The translations under genes and the position numbers were made by a program. The notes under the pieces are model-generated. The model was not told the DNA's origin. It did not search any database and saw nothing but the letters and a program-made list of their open reading frames with translations. A stretch of 64,000 bases of DNA from an uncultured Chloroflexia bacterium (GTDB taxonomy: Bacteria > Chloroflexota > Limnocylindria > Limnocylindrales > CSP1-4), in assembly GCA_963713975.1 (NCBI GenBank), contig OY970218.1, positions 1,408,001 to 1,472,000 of the forward strand, read 5' to 3'. Positions 36,050 to 44,329 of this stretch are shown here, in pieces (within the stretch, counting starts at the first letter, position 1; every line of letters begins with the position of its first letter).

Positions 36050-37597
36050 GTGCCGATCGACACCCCCGACTGGGTCAAGGGCGCCGTGTTCTACCAGGTG
36101 TTCCCGGACAGGTTCGCCCGCAGCGGGCGCGTTCAGGCTCCGGGAGCGCTGGAGCCGTGGGATGCCCCTCCCACGACTTTCGGGTTCAAGGGCGGCGACC
36201 TGTATGGCGTGGCCGACCGGCTCGACTACCTGGCCGACCTGGGGATCACCGCGATCTACCTCAACCCGATCTTCGCCTCGGCCTCCAACCACCGCTACCA
36301 CACGTACGACTACTTCGCGGTGGACCCGCTGCTGGGCGGTGACGCGGCATTCCGGCACCTGCTGGACGAGGCGCATGCGCGCAGCATGCGCGTGATCATC
36401 GACGGCGTCTTCAACCACGCTAGCCGTGGCTTCTGGCCGTTCAACCACGTCCTGGAGTGCGGCCTCGGCTCCCCGTATCTCGACTGGTTCCACGTGGACC
36501 GTGAGGCGTTGGCCGCGGGCCGCTCGCTGCGCGCGTATCCGGATGAGAGCCTCCGCCATGCCCTCGAGCAGGCCGGCGGGTCGGACCACTTCGGATCGGA
36601 ATCCGTCTCGGGGCTGGGGTACCGGGCCTGGTGGAACCTCCCCGCGCTCCCGAAGCTGAACACCGACAACCCCCACGTCCGCGAGTACCTGATGTCGGTC
36701 GCGGAGCACTGGATCCGGTTCGGCGCAGACGGGTGGCGCCTCGACGTCGCCGCGGAGATCGACGACGACGACTTCTGGCGGGAGTTCCGGCGCCGGGTCA
36801 AGGCCGTCAAGCCCGAGGCCTACATCGTGGCGGAGGTGTGGGTCGAGGACCACCGGTGGCTCCAGGGCGACCAGTTCGACGCGTACATGAACTACCCGCT
36901 GGGGTTTGCCGCCCTCTCCTTCGCTGCGGGCTCACACCGCGACCAGCACGCCATCGACCAGCACGGCGATGTCAGGCAGGGCGTCCGCGAGGAGGATGGC
37001 GCGGGCTTCCTGCGGCGTGTCGAGCACCAGCTGACGGTCTACGATCCCGAGATCATCGCCGTCCAGCTCAACCTGCTGGGCAGTCATGACATGCCCCGCA
37101 TCCTCACGATCTGCGCGGGCGACCTGGACGCGGTCCGCATGGCGACGCTCATCCAGATGACGCTCACCGGGGCCCCGTGCATCTACTACGGCGACGAGAT
37201 CGGCATGAGCGGGGGCCACGATCCCGAGTGCCGGCGGGCGTTCCCGGTGGACGATGGCGAGTGGGACCTCGACCTGCGCGCCTTCACGCGCGGCCTGATC
37301 GCGCTGCGCCACGCCAACCCGGTGCTGCATGACGGTGCCTTCGCCGCCGTCGGCTCCAACGGCCAGGCCGCCGCCTACACCATGTCCGACGCGACGAGGG
37401 CGTTCGTGATCGGCATCAACGCGGGCGAGGAGCAGGCCCGCCTGGAGATCTCCTTGCCCGCACTGGATGGTCGAACCTTGCAGCCGGTCTCGCCGGACGG
37501 TTGGGCATGGAGTCCGGGGAGCCCGGTGACCGTGTCCGGCGGGACGGTCCTGCTCGACCTGCCGGCGCGTGGTGCCCGGATCCTGCGCGCCCGCTGA
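36050..37597 (+). CDS. GH13 glycosidase (neopullulanase/cyclomaltodextrinase-like)
   Basis: FYQVFPDRF, DGVFNH, DGWRLDVA, AEVW, GSHD and IYYGDEIG. Confidence 0.93.
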   Translation: MPIDTPDWVKGAVFYQVFPDRFARSGRVQAPGALEPWDAPPTTFGFKGGDLYGVADRLDYLADLGITAIYLNPIFASASNHRYHTYDYFAVDPLLGGDAAFRHLLDEAHARSMRVIIDGVFNHASRGFWPFNHVLECGLGSPYLDWFHVDREALAAGRSLRAYPDESLRHALEQAGGSDHFGSESVSGLGYRAWWNLPALPKLNTDNPHVREYLMSVAEHWIRFGADGWRLDVAAEIDDDDFWREFRRRVKAVKPEAYIVAEVWVEDHRWLQGDQFDAYMNYPLGFAALSFAAGSHRDQHAIDQHGDVRQGVREEDGAGFLRRVEHQLTVYDPEIIAVQLNLLGSHDMPRILTICAGDLDAVRMATLIQMTLTGAPCIYYGDEIGMSGGHDPECRRAFPVDDGEWDLDLRAFTRGLIALRHANPVLHDGAFAAVGSNGQAAAYTMSDATRAFVIGINAGEEQARLEISLPALDGRTLQPVSPDGWAWSPGSPVTVSGGTVLLDLPARGARILRAR

Positions 37598-37711
37598 CCG
37601 GGGGGCCGGCACGGGCCCGTGGCCCGCGAGCATCCCAGTCCCCGGAGAGCCATCCGCCCGGTAACCGGGCGGCAACATGCGGGTGCCGGTGTGTTGATAT
37701 GCTCGCGGCCC

Positions 37712-38335
37712 GTGTCAGACCTACCGTTCGCGAGCGTCGCGTCCCTTTCCGATCGGCTTGGTGATGTCATGGACATCGAAGCCAAGATCCCACGCGCCCT
37801 CGAGTCCCTCGGGCCACTGGCCGGCCGTGACGTGGTCATGATCGAGGTGCCGGGCACGTCGTGGGCGGAGCGCCTTCGCGCTGCAGGCGCGGATCCGCGG
37901 GCTGTGGCGGCCGATTGGCCGCTGGATCTCGGTGTGGCGGACGGCTCGCAGGACGCGGTGGTCGCCCTCTGGACCGGCTTCCGCGGCGTGGACGCCGCGA
38001 GTCTCGCCGAGGCCGACCGCGTGCTCCGGCCGGCGGGACGCCTGCTGGTGGTTCACGACTACGGCCGTGACGACATCGCCGCGCTGCGTGATCCGGATGC
38101 GCCCGAGTTCCGCTCCTGGAGCAGGCGCGAGGGCCCCTTCCTCAGGGACGCTGGCTTCAAGATCCGGGTGGTGCACTGCTTCTGGACCTTTTCCTCGCTC
38201 GACCATGCCCGAGAGACGCTGGAGGCGTTCGGCGATCGCGGTGCGGCGGTGGCAGCCGGCCTCAGCCGGCCCCGCCTGTCCTGGAACGTGGCGGTCTATC
38301 ACCGGTGGCGCGGCGGCCAGGCTCCGCCGGATTGA
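37712..38335 (+). CDS. Class I SAM-methyltransferase-fold protein (degenerate motif I)
   Basis: LGVADGSQDAVV and EADRVLRPAGRLLVVHDYG; GxGxG is absent. Confidence 0.7.
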   Translation: MSDLPFASVASLSDRLGDVMDIEAKIPRALESLGPLAGRDVVMIEVPGTSWAERLRAAGADPRAVAADWPLDLGVADGSQDAVVALWTGFRGVDAASLAEADRVLRPAGRLLVVHDYGRDDIAALRDPDAPEFRSWSRREGPFLRDAGFKIRVVHCFWTFSSLDHARETLEAFGDRGAAVAAGLSRPRLSWNVAVYHRWRGGQAPPD

Positions 38336-38375
38336 CCATGCCCGGTCGCGCGCCCTCCCTGCTACGCTCGTGGCC

Positions 38376-38756
38376 ATGAGCGGTCGGACCCGGCAGGAGC
38401 GGCAATCCCAGGTGTCGCGCCGCGGGCCGCACCTCGGGCCGGTCGCGATTACGCCGCTGCGCGTGATGCTCCTGGTCGCGCTCCTGGGTGGCGTGGCATT
38501 CCTCGTGTGGTCGGTGGTCGTCCGCGACCAGCTCCAGGTGCCGCTGATGGCGACCGGGTTCGCCGTGATCGGGCTGGTGTTCGCGGCGATGGCCGTTCTG
38601 TCCATCCGTTCGGTGGTGCGTGCGGGGCGCGAAGGACGTGACGGGACCGCCGTGATCACCGCGCTCGCCGGCGGGCTGTTGGCGCTGGCGGCCCTGATGT
38701 CCCTCGCGGCGGCGATGATCATGAGCATGATCTGGAGCGGGTCCGGCGGGACCTGA
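38376..38756 (+). CDS. Hypothetical membrane protein (3 TM)
   Basis: Hydrophobic helices; ATG lies 7 nt after TACGCT. Confidence 0.75.
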   Translation: MSGRTRQERQSQVSRRGPHLGPVAITPLRVMLLVALLGGVAFLVWSVVVRDQLQVPLMATGFAVIGLVFAAMAVLSIRSVVRAGREGRDGTAVITALAGGLLALAALMSLAAAMIMSMIWSGSGGT

Positions 38757-38789
38757 CTGGTACACTCGGCCGGCCCTTCGGCGCTCGGA

Positions 38790-38866
38790 GCCCCCATCGT
38801 CTAGAGGCCTAGGACGCCACCCTTTCAAGGTGGAGATCGCCGGTTCGAATCCGGCTGGGGGTACCA
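38790..38866 (+). tRNA. tRNA-Glu (anticodon TTC)
   Basis: Acceptor stem GCCCCCA/TGGGGGT, anticodon arm CCACC-CTTTCAA-GGTGG, T-loop GGTTCGAATCC and encoded CCA; TACACT -10 at 38761. Confidence 0.97.
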
Positions 38867-38971
38867 CCACCTGGGTGGCCGCCTCAGCCGGCACCCCTTG
38901 GCTGCTCTGACCGGACCCGCCCGAGGCATCCCCACCCGACGTGTGCTGTCCGATTGCGGCATGCTGGCCCC

Positions 38972-39928
38972 ATGCCGCTGGTTCCCTTCGGCCACGCCCA
39001 TGTCCTGCCTGCGGCGGAGCTCGTCGCGGCCGGGGTGGCAGGCCTGCGCACGCGGGTGCCCGTGCTCCCGGCGGCCTGGGCGGACGCGGCGCATGTCGCG
39101 AGGGCGTTGACCGGCCTGGCGGACCGTGGCGCGGGCCTGGCCGCGCTTGACGATGGCGTGCTGGTCGCGTTCCAGGCGGCCCTCACCCTCGACGGGCGCG
39201 GTGGCCGCTGGACCTACACGCCCGACGTGGGCCATGCCGCGCCCCCGGACCCGCTGGGCCGGCTCCGTGTCCGCATCTACGCGGAGCTGGCGGACGCCTG
39301 GATCCGGGCCGCCTGCGCGGAGCACGTCGTCAGCGTGCGGGCAGACGACGAGGTGGCGATGGCCACGTACGCGCGACTTGGCTTCGGGCACCACGTCGTG
39401 GACCTCGTGGCAGACCTGGGTCCCATCGCGGCCGGTCCACTGCCGGACGGCGTGACAATCCGGGCTGCGCTCCCCGCCGACGCCGCGGCCGTCATGGACC
39501 TGGACGCCGGCCTCCGGCGCCACCTCGAATCGTCGCCCGTCTTCCTCCGGCTCGGCGCCGCATCGCCGCTCGAGGTCCATCGCCGACGTCTCGAGGATGC
39601 GTCCGGCACCACCTTCGTCGCCGAACGTGACGGGTCACTCGTGGCGTTCCTGCGCATTGGAACGTGTGCCACCGACGTGGCCACGATCGTCCGTGACCCG
39701 GCCACGGCGAGCGTGACGGCCGCGTTCACGAGGCCGGAGGTCCGGCGTCTCGAGGTGGGCTCGCACCTGCTGGCCGCGGCCGTCGAATGGGCCCACGAGG
39801 CGGGCTACGTCCGATGGGCGGTCGACCACGAGTCGGCGAACGGCGAGGCCGCGCGCTTCTGGGCCCGGCACGCCGTGCCGGTCACCGTCTCCATGAGCCG
39901 TCGGCTGGCCCCCGGGATCGTCCCCTGA
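38972..39928 (+). CDS. GNAT family N-acetyltransferase
   Basis: FTRPEVRRLEVGSHLL and VDHESANGEAARFW. Confidence 0.82.
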   Translation: MPLVPFGHAHVLPAAELVAAGVAGLRTRVPVLPAAWADAAHVARALTGLADRGAGLAALDDGVLVAFQAALTLDGRGGRWTYTPDVGHAAPPDPLGRLRVRIYAELADAWIRAACAEHVVSVRADDEVAMATYARLGFGHHVVDLVADLGPIAAGPLPDGVTIRAALPADAAAVMDLDAGLRRHLESSPVFLRLGAASPLEVHRRRLEDASGTTFVAERDGSLVAFLRIGTCATDVATIVRDPATASVTAAFTRPEVRRLEVGSHLLAAAVEWAHEAGYVRWAVDHESANGEAARFWARHAVPVTVSMSRRLAPGIVP

Positions 39929-39979
39929 GTCACGCTGCCGGGCCGTCCGGCACCGTGGTGCCCTGCTATCCTCCGGGCG

Positions 39980-40333
39980 ATGGAGATCATGGGCGTGACG
40001 ATCCGCACCATCGTCAACGACACCGTCGCAATCCGCTGTGACGGGTGCCGGGACGTGATCCCGGGGACGCCGTGGCGGGTCAGCCTGCTCGACATCGTTG
40101 CCCCCGAGGTGGCCGTCGGCTGGACGGAGACGTCGCCGGTCAACCCGGGGCCCCACCAGTTCCACTCGGATCCCGCATGCGTGCGGCGCTGGATGTCGGA
40201 GCGGGGCTACCTGTACTGCCGACGGGGCGAGGTCCGCGAGATCATGCGCCCCGTGGCTCTCCCCACGGAGCCTCCGACGTGGGGCCTGTGCGACGGCATC
40301 CACCGCGACGACCACGAGTTCGTCCCCGCCTGA
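39980..40333 (+). CDS. Small Cys/His-rich hypothetical protein
   Basis: CDGC...HQFH...C...C...CDGIH...H; ATG lies 7 nt after TATCCT. Confidence 0.78.
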   Translation: MEIMGVTIRTIVNDTVAIRCDGCRDVIPGTPWRVSLLDIVAPEVAVGWTETSPVNPGPHQFHSDPACVRRWMSERGYLYCRRGEVREIMRPVALPTEPPTWGLCDGIHRDDHEFVPA

Positions 40334-40397
40334 GTCGAGGTGCGCGGCCGCGATCGACGAGCCCGGAGCGGTGCCGGACAAGCCCTGGGCGGCACGT

Positions 40398-40426
40398 TTG
40401 ACGCCCTTCACGCGCCGTCCTAGACT
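40398..40426 (+). promoter_or_regulatory. Sigma70-type promoter TTGACG-N17-TAGACT
   Basis: Near-consensus hexamers with 17-bp spacing, upstream of the HTH gene. Confidence 0.75.
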
Positions 40427-40513
40427 CGCCCCCTCCGGCCAGTAGACTCGACCTAGTTTTACCTAGGTTAGTCGTCCCCTGATCCCCGGCCGGGGTCCCG
40501 ACACGGAGGACAC

Positions 40514-41284
40514 GTGCCCGATCAGCGGTCACCCGGTGGACGGCCCCAGCCAGACCGACTCGCGCTCGGCGAGGCGAGCCGCCTCCTGGGAGTCGATCCG
40601 GACACCCTCCGGCGCTGGGCCGATGAGGGACGCGTGCCGGCCTTCACGACACCGGGTGGTCACCGGCGGTTCGAGCGTCGGGCACTCGAGCGCCTGATCG
40701 CCGCCCGCCGCACGGGCCCCGCCGGTTCGCTGGCGGGTCTCGGTGCCAGCCCCGACCGCCTGAGTGCCGCCTACCGCCGCCGTTACGGCGAGCGCCATGG
40801 CCTGACACCGGACCCGCGGACCCAGGTGCCAGCGTCGGAGCGGGACTCGTTCCGCGAGATGGGGCGACTGCTGGTGGACGCGCTCGTGCGGCACATCGAC
40901 GAGTCCGGCCCCGGTCGGGCCATGGCTGAGCGTGACGCCGTGAACCTCGCCGCCCACCTCGGCGAGCGCCTCGCCCTGAACGGCGTGCCGCTCGGGGACG
41001 GGGTCTCGATGTTCGTGTCCGCGCGGCGGCCGTTCCTGGCCGAGCTGCGCGTCGTCGCCCGCAGGCGTGGCGTGGACGGGTCTCGCGTGGTGGACCTCTA
41101 CGAGACCTCGACCGGCCTCCTCGACCGGCTGCTGCTCGCCTTCGTGGCGGCCCACGAGGTGGCGGGCCGGGAGATGACCGAGGCGGAGGGGCGGCTCGGC
41201 GAGTCACCGGAAGCGGGTGGTGACCGCCCCGGCCCCGCGGCGCCATCCGCGGCACGCTCGTCCGGCGCTCGCGGCACGACCTGA
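40514..41284 (+). CDS. MerR/excisionase-type HTH regulator with a helical C-terminal domain
   Basis: LALGEASRLLGVDPDTLRRWADEGRVPAFTTPGGHRRF; GGAGG RBS. Confidence 0.88.
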   Translation: MPDQRSPGGRPQPDRLALGEASRLLGVDPDTLRRWADEGRVPAFTTPGGHRRFERRALERLIAARRTGPAGSLAGLGASPDRLSAAYRRRYGERHGLTPDPRTQVPASERDSFREMGRLLVDALVRHIDESGPGRAMAERDAVNLAAHLGERLALNGVPLGDGVSMFVSARRPFLAELRVVARRRGVDGSRVVDLYETSTGLLDRLLLAFVAAHEVAGREMTEAEGRLGESPEAGGDRPGPAAPSAARSSGARGTT

Positions 41285-41290
41285 CCGGCG

Positions 41291-42382
41291 ATGACCGCAT
41301 TCCTCCCTGCCCTGACCTCGTTGCTCGCGCTCCTGTTCGCCGTCATGCTGGTGGACCAGTGGCGCGAGCGGCGGCACGGGTTCCAGCTTGTCTGGGCGCT
41401 GGGCATGCTCTGGTACGGCATCGGCGCCGGCGCGGAGGCGGTGGCCGCCACGGCCGGCTGGAACGAGACCGTCTACCGAGTCTGGTACCTGACCGGCGCC
41501 GTGTGGACCGCCGCGTGGCTCGGTCTCGGGACCGCCTTCCTGCTGGGCCGGACCAGGTTCGGCTACACCTACGCCGCGCTGCTCCTGTTCTCGGGCCTGA
41601 TCGCGCTCATGATCCGGAACAGCCCGAGCTATGCAGGCGCGGGTCCACTCCCCCTCCTGTACCTCATCGGGGCGGTGATCCTCGCCCTGGCGATCGGGGT
41701 GGAGACCTACTTCGGGAACGAGCGCTGGCCCCAGTTCGCCGCGGTTGCGATCGTCGGGGTCACCATCGCTTCGCTGGTCCTCATGGCGGCAACGCCACCG
41801 CTTCCGGCACCCGGCTATGCGCTGAGCCCTGCCACGGGCCAGCCGGTGGGCGAGGCGATGCCGGGCTACATGCGGCTCCTGACCCCCGTGATGAACATCA
41901 CCGGGGCCGGCTCGCTGATCCTCGGTGCAGTCTTCTCCGCCTACATGTTCATGCCCAAGCGGCGCGTTCTGCCCTACTCGCTCGACCCCAACCAGCCTGG
42001 TGACGAGTTCCTGTTCAACCTGTGCATCGCGGTCGTGGCCATCCCGGTCAACCTCGTTGCGTCGCTGCCCGGTGCGGCCCGTGACCTGATGGCTGGGCGT
42101 CTCCACTCGCGTGTGCCCGCCACGATCCTGATCGCCATCGGCGGCATGTTCCCCGCGATCGCCGACTCGCTCAACCGGGCCGGGTCCACGGAGCTGTCCT
42201 CCTGGGGCAAGTTCTTCGGCGTGGTGTTCCTGTTCGCGGGCTTCCTCGTCTCGTCCGAGGTCTTCCGCGAGGTTCGCATCCCGTTCACGGACATCCGGCT
42301 GGCGACGCGACGGCGCGAGCGCTCCCGCCGCCGGGACGCGCGCCTGGCCGAGGCGGAGGTCCAGGGGGCGCCCAGGTCCTGA
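41291..42382 (+). CDS. Polytopic membrane protein of unknown function
   Basis: About 9 TM segments; co-oriented 6 nt after the regulator gene. Confidence 0.85.
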   Translation: MTAFLPALTSLLALLFAVMLVDQWRERRHGFQLVWALGMLWYGIGAGAEAVAATAGWNETVYRVWYLTGAVWTAAWLGLGTAFLLGRTRFGYTYAALLLFSGLIALMIRNSPSYAGAGPLPLLYLIGAVILALAIGVETYFGNERWPQFAAVAIVGVTIASLVLMAATPPLPAPGYALSPATGQPVGEAMPGYMRLLTPVMNITGAGSLILGAVFSAYMFMPKRRVLPYSLDPNQPGDEFLFNLCIAVVAIPVNLVASLPGAARDLMAGRLHSRVPATILIAIGGMFPAIADSLNRAGSTELSSWGKFFGVVFLFAGFLVSSEVFREVRIPFTDIRLATRRRERSRRRDARLAEAEVQGAPRS

Positions 42383-42460
42383 GGCGATTGCGCAGGGTCC
42401 CGTTGGGTCCACTCGGCCGTATTTGGACTGTGGTCGAACGAGGCGGCTATGCTCTTCGTG

Positions 42461-43264
42461 ATGGACGACGTTCTCCTGGGCACCGCCGTGGCGGCCACCC
42501 CCTCGCGGATCCGGGTGCCGTGGACGGCCGTAGGCCCTGCCGAGGCGCCGGGCATCGTATTCATCCACAGCACGCGCCTCACCAGGTCCCAGTGGTGGCC
42601 GCAGGCGCGGTGGCTCGCCGGGCGGTTCAGGTGCGTGGCCGTGGACCTGCCGGGTCACGGTGCACTGGCCGGGGAGCCGTTCACCATCGACGGGGCGGTC
42701 GACGTCGTCCGGGCCGCCATCGAGGCCGAGATCCCGTCCGGCCGGGCGATCCTCGTCGGTCTGTCGCTCGGCGGCTACGTGGCGATCGACACGGCAGAGG
42801 CACACCCGGACCTGGTCGCGGGGCTCGCCCTCGCGGGCTGCTCCGCGGAGGCATTCGGGCCGATGGCCTGGCCGTTCCGCATCCTCGCCGTCGTCCTCGA
42901 GCGAGCACCGAACCGCGCCCTGCAGATGGCGAACACGGCGTTCTTCCAGCTTCGCTACCGGCGCGGCGTGGCCGAGCCCATCGTGCGGGGCGGCTTCTGG
43001 GCCGCCGGCGGTGCGGCTGCGGCCCGGGCGCTGCTCGGCCGCCGCTACCTGGACCGCCTGGCGCGCCTGTGGACGCCCGTCCTCATCATCAACGGCGCGC
43101 TCGACCCGGTGTTCGGACCGCAGGGCGAGTACTGGGCGGCGTCGTGCCGCAACGGTCGGCACGTCGCGATCCCCCGGGCGATGCACCTGTCCAACCTGGA
43201 CCGGCCGAAGGTGTTCGCGGATCACGTCGCCGGCCTGGCCGCCCGGATCGCGCAGAGCGCCTGA
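42461..43264 (+). CDS. Alpha/beta hydrolase
   Basis: DLPGHG, GLSLGG nucleophile elbow, GALD and AMH; ATG lies 7 nt after TATGCT. Confidence 0.9.
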   Translation: MDDVLLGTAVAATPSRIRVPWTAVGPAEAPGIVFIHSTRLTRSQWWPQARWLAGRFRCVAVDLPGHGALAGEPFTIDGAVDVVRAAIEAEIPSGRAILVGLSLGGYVAIDTAEAHPDLVAGLALAGCSAEAFGPMAWPFRILAVVLERAPNRALQMANTAFFQLRYRRGVAEPIVRGGFWAAGGAAAARALLGRRYLDRLARLWTPVLIINGALDPVFGPQGEYWAASCRNGRHVAIPRAMHLSNLDRPKVFADHVAGLAARIAQSA

Positions 43265-43363
43265 CCGGGCGATCGGACTGGCCGCCGGGCGGCCGGCCCG
43301 CGGGGGCGTCGCAAGGGGGCCCGGTATACTGGTATCCGCCCCACCACCTGTTCGAGAGGTTCG

Positions 43364-44242
43364 ATGCGCGTCCGTAAGGCTGTCTTCCCCGCCGCCGGCT
43401 GGGGCACCCGCTTCCTGCCCGCCACCAAGGCGCAGCCGAAGGAGATGCTCCCCCTCGTCGACAAGCCCGTGATCCAGTACGCCGTCGAGGAGGCGGTCGC
43501 GGCCGGCGTCGAGCAGGTCATCATCGTGACCTCCAGCCAGAAGCGGGCGATCGAGGACCACTTCGACCTCAACTTCGAGCTGGAGCACCTCCTCGAGGAG
43601 AAGGGCGACATCGAGAAGCTGCGACAGGTGCGGCACATCAGCGACCTCGCGCAGATCGCCTACGTGCGCCAGAAGGAGCAGCTGGGCCTGGGCCACGCGG
43701 TGCTGATGGCGAAGGACCTGATCGGCCACGAGCCGTTCGCGGTGATCCTCCCGGACGATGTCCTGATCGCGGACCGCCCGGTGATCGGCCAGCTGATCCA
43801 CGCGTACCACCAGCACCACGGATCCGTGGTGGCAGTGGCCGAGGTTTCCGCGGAGGAGACGAGCCGCTACGGCGTCATCGCCGGGGACCGCGTCGAGACC
43901 GGTCACGACCAGGACCGGACATACCGCCTGACGGACATCGTGGAGAAGCCCGAGCCGGGCACGGCGCCGTCGAACCTGGCCGTGATCGGCCGCTACGTCC
44001 TGACCCCCAAGATCTTCGAGAAGCTCGAGCAGACGCAGCGCGGGGCCGGGGGCGAGATCCAGCTGACCGACGCCATCCAGGCACTGATGGAGGAGCAGGG
44101 CGTCTTCGGCTACGCGTTCGAGGGCCAGCGTTACGATGCCGGCACCACCATGGGCTGGCTCCGCGCGTCCGTCGAGCTCGCGCTGGCCAGGCCGGAGTTC
44201 GGGAGCGAGTTCCGCGACTACCTCCGCTCGCTCGAGATCTGA
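43364..44242 (+). CDS. galU: UTP--glucose-1-phosphate uridylyltransferase
   Basis: KAVFPAAGWGTRFLPATKAQPKEMLP, LGLGHAV, VEKP and GEIQLTDA. Confidence 0.97.
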   Translation: MRVRKAVFPAAGWGTRFLPATKAQPKEMLPLVDKPVIQYAVEEAVAAGVEQVIIVTSSQKRAIEDHFDLNFELEHLLEEKGDIEKLRQVRHISDLAQIAYVRQKEQLGLGHAVLMAKDLIGHEPFAVILPDDVLIADRPVIGQLIHAYHQHHGSVVAVAEVSAEETSRYGVIAGDRVETGHDQDRTYRLTDIVEKPEPGTAPSNLAVIGRYVLTPKIFEKLEQTQRGAGGEIQLTDAIQALMEEQGVFGYAFEGQRYDAGTTMGWLRASVELALARPEFGSEFRDYLRSLEI

Positions 44243-44329
44243 CGGGCCGGACGACCCGGAGAGCTCGTGCGGTAGGATTCGACCGGCCGCCGCATCCCAC
44301 GCGCGGCACAGAGGGGAGCTGGACAGACG

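Noticed and set aside
38861-38870. Encoded CCACCA after tRNA-Glu as a degradation tag
   Set aside because: That tag is added post-transcriptionally; the extra CCA here is most simply trailer sequence.
38790-39928. tRNA-Glu as an integration site for an island
   Set aside because: No integrase and no convincing duplicate of the tRNA 3' end in the window. The short CCGGCTGGGG match inside galU is coding coincidence.
40514-41284. Phage excisionase indicating a prophage
   Set aside because: The HTH is fused to a long C-terminal domain and sits among housekeeping genes, with no phage or integrase genes.
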